IMG/VR virus record: IMGVR_UViG_3300035034_000707
Coordinates: 1-64,000 of that record
Strand: one strand, 5' to 3'
DNA length: 64,000 bases
From: a virus
Below the pieces are notes generated by a model. That model was not told the DNA's origin, made no database searches, and saw nothing but the letters and a program-made list of their open reading frames with translations. Shown here one piece after another: positions 57,410 through 64,000 of the stretch; the stretch's first letter is position 1, and every line of letters starts with the position of its first letter. A program made the translations under genes and the position numbers.

Positions 57410-59262
57410 ACGCCCTTCTGTCTCATTTGAAATCTATCGAACAAGGCCTGATCCAAGGGTACAACCTTGATCTGGTAGTAGAAGAGGGGCAGGGGATCGA
57501 AGACCTGTCCAAGCGGCTTCTGTTCTATGATAAGATGTTGGCGACGGCAGAGGCCCTGTATAAAGCCCAGCAGTACGAATTTGAAGTCCCGGTAGACCCA
57601 GCGACTTTCCTTGACGACCCTTACTTTATGGGGGCCAAGGAGACGCTATGGCCTGCCCTCCGGGAAGAAATCCTCGAAGCCTGTTCTGGGCGATACATCG
57701 AAGCTGTATTTACCGGGGCTATCGGGACCGGGAAGACCACCGCCGCCCTCTACATACTGGCCTACTTCCTCTACCGCCTTATGAACCTACGGAACCCGCA
57801 CAAGGTTTATGGGCTGGACCCTGCCTCGGAAATCGCTTTCGTCATGCAGTCGGTAACCGGCGGCACGGCCTTCACGGTTGACTACATGCGCTTCCGCCGG
57901 ATGCTGGAAGGGTCTCCTTGGTTCAGGGAAAATGCACCCCATGAGAAAGACCGCAAGGCCACGATCCAGTTCGTTGGCCGTCCTATCTTTATTCAACCCC
58001 TACCCGGCACCGAGACAGCCGCCATTGGTGAGAACGTGTTCGGGGGCCTGATTGACGAAGTAAATCACATGAAGGTGACTCAGCAGTCCTCAAAGAAAAA
58101 GGACGGGGAAACTCACGACCAGATGCTTGAAAACTACCGGGCTATCGCGCGCCGCCGGGAAAGCCGGTTTCAGCGGACAGGCGAAGTGCCGGGTATGCTA
58201 TGCCTTGTCGGCTCGGCCAACTATGCGGGCCAGTTTACTGACCGGAAGAAAAAAGAACGAGACATGCAGCTTGAGCGCGACAACGAGACCAGTATCTATA
58301 TCTTTGACAAGCGCCCTTGGGACATGCAGCCACCTGATCGGTTTTCCCCTAAGCGGTTCAAAGTCTTCCTAGGGGACGGAACGCGAAAGCCGCGCGTATT
58401 GGCCCCAAGCGATATAGTAGGGGACGGGGACAAACCTTTTATCATGGACGTGCCGGAAGACTACCGGAACACCTTTGAAAGCGACCTATCCGGCGCGGTA
58501 AAAGACGTGGCCGGTATTGCGCTACATGGCTTCTCAAGTTTCATCAGCAACTATGCTGCAATCAAAGCTGCCTTCGGACCCCGCAAGAATATCTTTCAAC
58601 CAGACTGGTGCGACTTCAATAAGCAACCGGCCTCCATCCGACCCCACAACATCATCAACCCGAACGCCAAGCGGTATGTCCATGTGGACCTCGCACTATC
58701 AATGGATTACGCCGCTTTGACGATGGGCCATTGTCCGGGCTTCGGAACCGTGGACCGGGGCGGCGGCATGGCGGATACCCTCCCTTACATCAATGTGGAT
58801 GGATGCCTGACGATACGGCCTTCTAGTGGGTCCCAGATACCCATATGGAAAATCAAGAAACTGGTATTGGCGTTGATCCAAATGGGCTACCCGATCAGGT
58901 GGGTATCTTTGGACGGGTTCCAATCGGCAGACTTCATACAAACGATGCGACGAAACAATCTTATATCAGGCATTGTTTCGATGGATCGAACCCCGGACCC
59001 CTACATGGTGACCCGAACCTTGATCCTTGACGGGATGGTCAGCGGACCGGCCAGCGACCTTGCCTGCGCCGAACTCCGGGACCTTGTATGGGTATCCCAG
59101 AACACGAAGGTAGATCACCTGCCGGATGGGTCGAAAGACGTGGCTGACACAATAGCGGGGGTTTGCTATGGGCTGGCCTCTAAACGTCAAATATGGGTGG
59201 ACTATGGGATAGACCCATCAAAGTCCTCCATGACCATAAAGAAAAAGGAACAAGAGGCATGA
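57406..59262 (+). CDS. terL: terminase large subunit
   Basis: GAIGTGKT, LIDE, HVDLA...D, DGFQS, KVDH..GSKDVAD. Confidence 0.92.
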   Translation: MNALLSHLKSIEQGLIQGYNLDLVVEEGQGIEDLSKRLLFYDKMLATAEALYKAQQYEFEVPVDPATFLDDPYFMGAKETLWPALREEILEACSGRYIEAVFTGAIGTGKTTAALYILAYFLYRLMNLRNPHKVYGLDPASEIAFVMQSVTGGTAFTVDYMRFRRMLEGSPWFRENAPHEKDRKATIQFVGRPIFIQPLPGTETAAIGENVFGGLIDEVNHMKVTQQSSKKKDGETHDQMLENYRAIARRRESRFQRTGEVPGMLCLVGSANYAGQFTDRKKKERDMQLERDNETSIYIFDKRPWDMQPPDRFSPKRFKVFLGDGTRKPRVLAPSDIVGDGDKPFIMDVPEDYRNTFESDLSGAVKDVAGIALHGFSSFISNYAAIKAAFGPRKNIFQPDWCDFNKQPASIRPHNIINPNAKRYVHVDLALSMDYAALTMGHCPGFGTVDRGGGMADTLPYINVDGCLTIRPSSGSQIPIWKIKKLVLALIQMGYPIRWVSLDGFQSADFIQTMRRNNLISGIVSMDRTPDPYMVTRTLILDGMVSGPASDLACAELRDLVWVSQNTKVDHLPDGSKDVADTIAGVCYGLASKRQIWVDYGIDPSKSSMTIKKKEQEA

Positions 59263-60125
59263 CCCGGCTCAGAAAAACCGCAGTCGTCACGACCTTCTCA
59301 CGCGCAGGCTGGGACCTCTACGCCGAACGAATGGTTTCAGCTTGGGTAAAGCACTGGCCGCAGGGTGTAGACCTCTACCTCTACCCTGACGAAAAGGTCC
59401 CCCTGTCCACCGATCCGAGGGTTCGGGGGGTCTACGACCGGATGGAAGAGAAGGACACCTTCCTGAGCCTCTACGCGAGCACTGACGCCTATACAGGGGC
59501 TATGGCCTCGGGCTATGACTACCGGTTCGATGCCGTAAAGTTTTGCCACAAGCCCTTCTGTATTCAAAACCTCATGCGGAAATCTGAGGATGGTCTGACC
59601 CCTTACGAAGCCTTGATATGGTTGGATGCCGATACCCTCACTCACAACCCTGTCAGCCCAGATGCCTTATCTGAAATGACACCGGCAGAGTATGACGTGA
59701 TGTTTCTGGGCAGATGCTATAAATACACGGAATGTGGCTTCCTATATTTCAACCTCACGCGGAAGCCCGCGCGCGATCTTATCGACAACTGGACTAGCTA
59801 CTACACCGAAGGGACCTTCCGAAAAGAACGAGAATACCATGACAGCTACTTGTTTGATCGGGCCAAGGAAAAGATGGGGGACGAACTGCAAGGCAAGGAC
59901 CTGACCGGGCATTTACCCAAGCGAAGCGGTGCGGGCCATCCCATGATAAACAGCTTCCTTGGGGAATACCTTGACCACCTCAAAGGGGATGCACGTAAGA
60001 TCACAGGGAAGCCCCGCAAAAACGACCTGTTTATTGATCACAAAAGCGACTACTGGAAGGCGAATTCACATGCAAAAGACAAACGCAGGCTCATCAATTC
60101 TAACTGGAAATCAACCCCGTCCTAA
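59259..60125 (+). CDS. GT-A fold glycosyltransferase
   Basis: DAVKF.HK, WLDAD, E.GF, HDSY.FD, DHLKG. Confidence 0.75.
   Translation: MTRLRKTAVVTTFSRAGWDLYAERMVSAWVKHWPQGVDLYLYPDEKVPLSTDPRVRGVYDRMEEKDTFLSLYASTDAYTGAMASGYDYRFDAVKFCHKPFCIQNLMRKSEDGLTPYEALIWLDADTLTHNPVSPDALSEMTPAEYDVMFLGRCYKYTECGFLYFNLTRKPARDLIDNWTSYYTEGTFRKEREYHDSYLFDRAKEKMGDELQGKDLTGHLPKRSGAGHPMINSFLGEYLDHLKGDARKITGKPRKNDLFIDHKSDYWKANSHAKDKRRLINSNWKSTPS
59989..60004. repeat. 16-bp site ATGCACGTAAGATCAC
   Basis: Intragenic. Confidence 0.75.
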
Positions 60126-60693
60126 GAAAATCCCGCGCTGGCGGGACAAGACGGATGAAGAACAGTGGGCGGAAATCTATAGAGGCCGTGCGGCCAAGGA
60201 AAAGGCACGCCCCCGCTCAGTTCAGCAGGCGGTCGCCCTTGCGTTGCCGCCCTACCTTATGCACCAAGCCATTGCAGACTGCCACGCGACGTTCCAAGCA
60301 GTCGTGCGCCATGACGTACACACGGCCATCGTAGCTGGTATTGCCAAGGTATCCTCTCTCTTGCTCAAAGAGCAGGACCGGAAGCGTATGGCGAACCAAC
60401 TGGACAGGTATTATGACACGATCCGAAAGCAGGGGTTTTACCTGAACAACCGAGAATTCCTCTATGCGGTCGCACACGCTACGGTGACGCTGGCTGACGA
60501 TTGGCGCTACCCCCCGGACGCCCCGGCCTGTATGGCGGCGCTCATGCTGAAAGAAGACGCTGAGACGGATGAAGTCGGGGATTGGTCCCTGTCTCGCGTT
60601 CACGCTATTCAACAGGCTGGACTGGCCTATAATGCAATCACCGAGACGGGCCTTTATGCCTTCGCAGAAGATGTCATAAAGAGGGTTGACTAA
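60070..60693 (+). CDS. hypothetical protein
   Basis: ATG 60070; ends in the next promoter. Confidence 0.65.
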   Translation: MQKTNAGSSILTGNQPRPKKIPRWRDKTDEEQWAEIYRGRAAKEKARPRSVQQAVALALPPYLMHQAIADCHATFQAVVRHDVHTAIVAGIAKVSSLLLKEQDRKRMANQLDRYYDTIRKQGFYLNNREFLYAVAHATVTLADDWRYPPDAPACMAALMLKEDAETDEVGDWSLSRVHAIQQAGLAYNAITETGLYAFAEDVIKRVD

Positions 60694-60714
60694 CTACCCT
60701 ATGGGGGTTAGGTT
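60686..60714 (+). promoter_or_regulatory. conserved promoter TTGACT-N17-TAGGTT
   Basis: Motif family; leader at 60721. Confidence 0.85.
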
Positions 60715-60747
60715 GTTCTAACACCACAACCACTCTTGGAGATAGCA

Positions 60748-62619
60748 ATGTCACAGTATTGGGCCGCAACTACAGGCTTCCCGCACACCGCCCCGCCACC
60801 GGATAAAGCCATCTATGGTGGTAAGGGTGCGGGGCTTATCGAAATGGCGCAGGCACAGTTACCCGTTCCCCGCGCGCTGGTCATTACGACCCTCGCATGG
60901 CAGTATTACAAAACCCATAACAAGCTGCCAGACGAACTCATTGATCGAGTTGCATGGTTCGTCAGTGACGACAAAGACTGCATGTTTAGTGTTCGCTCCG
61001 GCGCTCCAGTATCCATGCCGGGGATGATGGACACGGTTCTGAATGTTGGAGTAACAGTAGAACTGGATGATATGTATCCCGGCGCGTTTCACCGCTTTGC
61101 TACATCGTGGCTAGAGATCGTCAAGGGAGTGCCAAAGGCACGGGTAAAGACCCTCTCCGAAATGATAGAGGCCCGCGCAGACAGCAGCGAACGGCGGTTT
61201 TCTCTGATGGCAGGGGTAATCAAAAGCGCAGAGGGCCTCGACATTCCCTTAGCGCGCACCGAACAGGTGCTGGCCTGCATCGAAGCCGTATTCCGCTCAT
61301 GGGATACCCCACGCGCTCGGGCTTATCGCAAGATGCACGATATCCCGGAAGATATGGGCACAGCCTGCGTGGTACAAAAAATGGTAATGGGGACAGCCAA
61401 GGGCCTCTCGGGGTCAGGCGTCATGTTTACCCGGAACCCGGCCACGGGTGAGAACGAAATGAAAGGTGAGATAGCCTTCAACGCTCAAGGTGAGGAAGTT
61501 GTATCAGGTGAAATAACGCCCATGTCCCTAGACGATCTGGCACATTCCGGCAACCCATATTGGGAAAACCTGCACTCACAGCTAGGCAGTCTCTGCTCCA
61601 CACTGGAAGCCCATTTCGGGGACGTTCAGGACATTGAATTCACGGTAGAGGATGGGACCCTCTACGTCCTTCAAACCCGCACGGCTAAGATGTCAGCCCG
61701 CGCCCGTATAGAAACGGCGGTGGCCCTTTGCGCCTCCATGCCCTCCCCCCAGCGCTACAGCTACCTCAAGGCCCGTCTCACGCGCCGCATGGTAGAGCAA
61801 ACGCGCATCGCGGTAGTCGATACCGACATGAAACCGACTATGACCGGTTTGCCCGCAGCCCCGGGCGCTATCTCAGGCAGGATTGTCTTTCGCACGACGC
61901 CGATAGCCAAGATTGGTAAGGACTGTATTTTGGTCGCAGAGGATACATCGCCAGACGATTTCCCTATCATGGCGAAGTGCGGCGGCATCCTAACCAAGAC
62001 CGGGGGCTTTACCTGCCACTCGGCGGTGGTCGCTCGGGGCATCGGGGTTCCGGCAGTAGTTGGGGCCGGTGATCTTACGTTCACTAAGCAGGGCTGGGTC
62101 ACTATAGGTAGCACCCAGATACAAGAGGAAAGCTATATCACGCTAGATGGGACCTTAGGTCAGGTATTTACTGGAGAACACCCGGTCAAGAAACAGCAGC
62201 CCCCACGCTCCATTTATGAGGCGCTTCACTATATTGTAAAAAGCAAGGGTATTGAGGTCGCGTCAGAGGTATACTACTACGATTGCGGGATTGGCTACGA
62301 TGTAGTGCTACCCCTCAACCCAGCCGATCTGGATCAGGTAGAAACCCAGCTAAAACGCATGGAAAAGATGAAAGAGAAGGGCAAGAATGTCGTCCTCGCC
62401 TTCGAAATGCAGGGCATGGGGGAAGACCTTTTCAGCGATACGGCAGAGACGCTCTTTCAAGGTATCGCAGACAACTTTGCTGGTGACATCGCCGGGACCA
62501 CTATAGCCTACGGTGTCAGTCACGCTATGGCTCCTAAAGTCACCGAAATGCTAGGGGTATCGGTCAATCTCAAAAATGAGATAAGCATCCTTGACCTCCT
62601 TGACCTGCTAGGGGGTTAA
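60748..62619 (+). CDS. PPDK-like protein: ATP-grasp + phospho-His domain, lacking the pyruvate-binding barrel
   Basis: GGKGA, SVRSGA..SMPGMMDTVLN, TRNP.TGE, DIEFT, LQTR, GGFTCHSAVVARG; only 623 aa. Confidence 0.88.
   Translation: MSQYWAATTGFPHTAPPPDKAIYGGKGAGLIEMAQAQLPVPRALVITTLAWQYYKTHNKLPDELIDRVAWFVSDDKDCMFSVRSGAPVSMPGMMDTVLNVGVTVELDDMYPGAFHRFATSWLEIVKGVPKARVKTLSEMIEARADSSERRFSLMAGVIKSAEGLDIPLARTEQVLACIEAVFRSWDTPRARAYRKMHDIPEDMGTACVVQKMVMGTAKGLSGSGVMFTRNPATGENEMKGEIAFNAQGEEVVSGEITPMSLDDLAHSGNPYWENLHSQLGSLCSTLEAHFGDVQDIEFTVEDGTLYVLQTRTAKMSARARIETAVALCASMPSPQRYSYLKARLTRRMVEQTRIAVVDTDMKPTMTGLPAAPGAISGRIVFRTTPIAKIGKDCILVAEDTSPDDFPIMAKCGGILTKTGGFTCHSAVVARGIGVPAVVGAGDLTFTKQGWVTIGSTQIQEESYITLDGTLGQVFTGEHPVKKQQPPRSIYEALHYIVKSKGIEVASEVYYYDCGIGYDVVLPLNPADLDQVETQLKRMEKMKEKGKNVVLAFEMQGMGEDLFSDTAETLFQGIADNFAGDIAGTTIAYGVSHAMAPKVTEMLGVSVNLKNEISILDLLDLLGG
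62069..62084. repeat. 16-bp site GTGATCTTACGTTCAC
   Basis: Intragenic (PPDK-like); identical to the 4394 copy. Confidence 0.75.
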
Positions 62620-62634
62620 AAGCCATGGTGTCAG

Positions 62635-62907
62635 ATGTTCATAGTAAACGCACAAGAGGGTCAGTCCATTCTGGTTGGGGACCGTATCATCCGCCCGGTG
62701 TCCGTGCTACGTCCGGGCGTTGTCTCATTAGAAATAGAAGGGGAACCCGGAACCATCCTAATTGGATGGGACCGAAAGCTGGCGATATTCCCAGAGGTTC
62801 TGGTAACAGTCAGCCGCACGGCGGGCTTTTCTCAACGGATCAAGTTTCTGTTCGATGCGCCGAAGTCTATCCGCATCCGGGAACTGCCCTATGACCCACC
62901 CGAATGA
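62635..62907 (+). CDS. CsrA/RsmA-like protein (apparent tandem repeat of the fold)
   Basis: G.SI.VGD at the N-terminus; EV.VTV......RI...DAPKSI.I.E at the C-terminus. Confidence 0.5.
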   Translation: MFIVNAQEGQSILVGDRIIRPVSVLRPGVVSLEIEGEPGTILIGWDRKLAIFPEVLVTVSRTAGFSQRIKFLFDAPKSIRIRELPYDPPE

Positions 62908-63265
62908 ATTCACGGTATCAGAGGCGGCGGTAAGGCAAGCCCGCAGTTATGGCTTCTGGGTCGATACAGCGGCCCGGGTAAGGGGTCTAGCCTCACAAGC
63001 GGCCCCGACTACCCATATGGCCGGAAACGCCACCTACGGGCCATTTGTGCTACTCATACAGGATAGGCATATCGCTTCGGTTACGATGATAGGACCGCAG
63101 CAGATTGATCATCGCCCGGTTTCAGAGTGCAAACTATGCCGGGGTCTGATGGCCTACCCATTCGTTACGATCATAGACGGCAAGGAAGGGGTCGCCCAAC
63201 GGCCCTGCCCCCGCGCGTTTGATAACGCCCAACCACTCTGCGATATGAAAGGCAATAAACCATGA
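62891..63265 (+). CDS. hypothetical protein (CxxC..CP)
   Basis: Overlap-coupled ORF. Confidence 0.65.
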   Translation: MTHPNEFTVSEAAVRQARSYGFWVDTAARVRGLASQAAPTTHMAGNATYGPFVLLIQDRHIASVTMIGPQQIDHRPVSECKLCRGLMAYPFVTIIDGKEGVAQRPCPRAFDNAQPLCDMKGNKP

Positions 63266-63798
63266 TAAAAGCTGTCCCCATCCCTCTCGAAAATGGTCTG
63301 ACAGGCTGGCTACATGCTGGCCCCACGAAAGACCTCCCACCCGGATACATGCTCATTCGGTGTGCGGAAGAAATCCCGGTCGCGGAAGAGTACATCGCCT
63401 ATGACCTAGGTGTCAGAGACTTCGCCACCTTCGAAGAGGAAAATCTGGATGCCGCCCTGCCGGGAATTATTGAGGACCTTGAAGTTGGACGCCCGCTCTA
63501 TGTTGGCTGTATGGGCGGAACCGGACGAACAGGGACGCTGCTGGCCTTGCTGGTCGCACAGCACCCGGCCTTCACCGGGGGCCGGGCAATCGACTATATC
63601 CGGCAGGTTTACAAGCCCGGCGCGATTGAGACAAAAGATCAGGAAAAGCAAGTCAGGACCTATGTGCGGATCGACTCACGCTATGGGGCTGGTCTGAACA
63701 AATCCCCCTATCCTGAAATTACAGAGGGTAATGCCACGCGGCCTCACACTGAACAGGGCTGGGTGCGCCGCCTCTTTTCACGCATATGGGCTGAGTAA
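63262..63798 (+). CDS. dual-specificity/tyrosine phosphatase
   Basis: DF loop, CMGGTGRT (CX5R), AI..IR....GAIET..Q. Confidence 0.88.
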   Translation: MIKAVPIPLENGLTGWLHAGPTKDLPPGYMLIRCAEEIPVAEEYIAYDLGVRDFATFEEENLDAALPGIIEDLEVGRPLYVGCMGGTGRTGTLLALLVAQHPAFTGGRAIDYIRQVYKPGAIETKDQEKQVRTYVRIDSRYGAGLNKSPYPEITEGNATRPHTEQGWVRRLFSRIWAE

Positions 63799-63803
63799 CC
63801 GGG

Positions 63804-63832
63804 TTGACAAACGGGGTAGACGCCCTTAGAAT
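63804..63832 (+). promoter_or_regulatory. conserved promoter TTGACA-N17-TAGAAT
   Basis: Motif family; leader at 63839. Confidence 0.85.
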
Positions 63833-63864
63833 GGGAGAACACCATAAGCCCCTTGGAGGATACA

Positions 63865-64000
63865 ATGATTACCCTAGATTATTTCAAGACCCACCCGCTC
63901 AGGGTCGCCAAATCGCAGGCTGATGTTACTATTGGAAGTCTTCTGACTGCTGAAAAAGCCACTATCCTAGAGCCTGCCATGCACCCGTCTATGGGGGCCT
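63865..64000 (+). CDS. partial hypothetical early protein
   Basis: Promoter, leader and TTGGAGG RBS; runs off the window. Confidence 0.7.
   Translation, partial: MITLDYFKTHPLRVAKSQADVTIGSLLTAEKATILEPAMHPSMGA

Noticed and set aside
1-64000. Many minus-strand and nested ORFs in the track (e.g. 55413-56327, 14923-15612, 10496-11020)
   Set aside because: They shadow well-supported + strand genes in GC-rich DNA and show no recognisable motifs.

Overview
This window is a 64-kb segment of a tailed dsDNA phage (siphovirus-type). All credible genes are on the + strand, and the GTA g12-g15-like tail tip points to an alphaproteobacterial host. In order it holds: small early-type genes plus a KdsD/KpsF isomerase (0-8 kb); head, tail and lysis genes (8-33 kb); a glycosyl-/methyltransferase cluster (33-38 kb); replication and recombination genes (38-50 kb); a ParB/MTase/IbrAB cluster and terminase (52-59 kb); and a truncated PPDK, a CsrA-like ORF and a CX5R phosphatase (60-64 kb). 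No portal, DNA polymerase, integrase or tRNA was seen in the window. The most notable signal is non-coding. (1) About 18 sigma70-type promoters share GGTTGAC(G/T/A)AAC, and about 10 leaders share ACACCACAACC..CCTTGGAGA. (2) A ~85-nt promoter- and terminator-bounded RNA at 37865-37951 has two hairpin loops antisense to exactly those two leader elements, making it a candidate trans-acting regulator of the early genes. (3) A 16-bp pseudo-palindrome (ideal GTGATCTTAAGATCAC) occurs about 19 times, at promoters, at start/stop codons and inside genes. All protein calls come from motif recognition by eye, with no database search.
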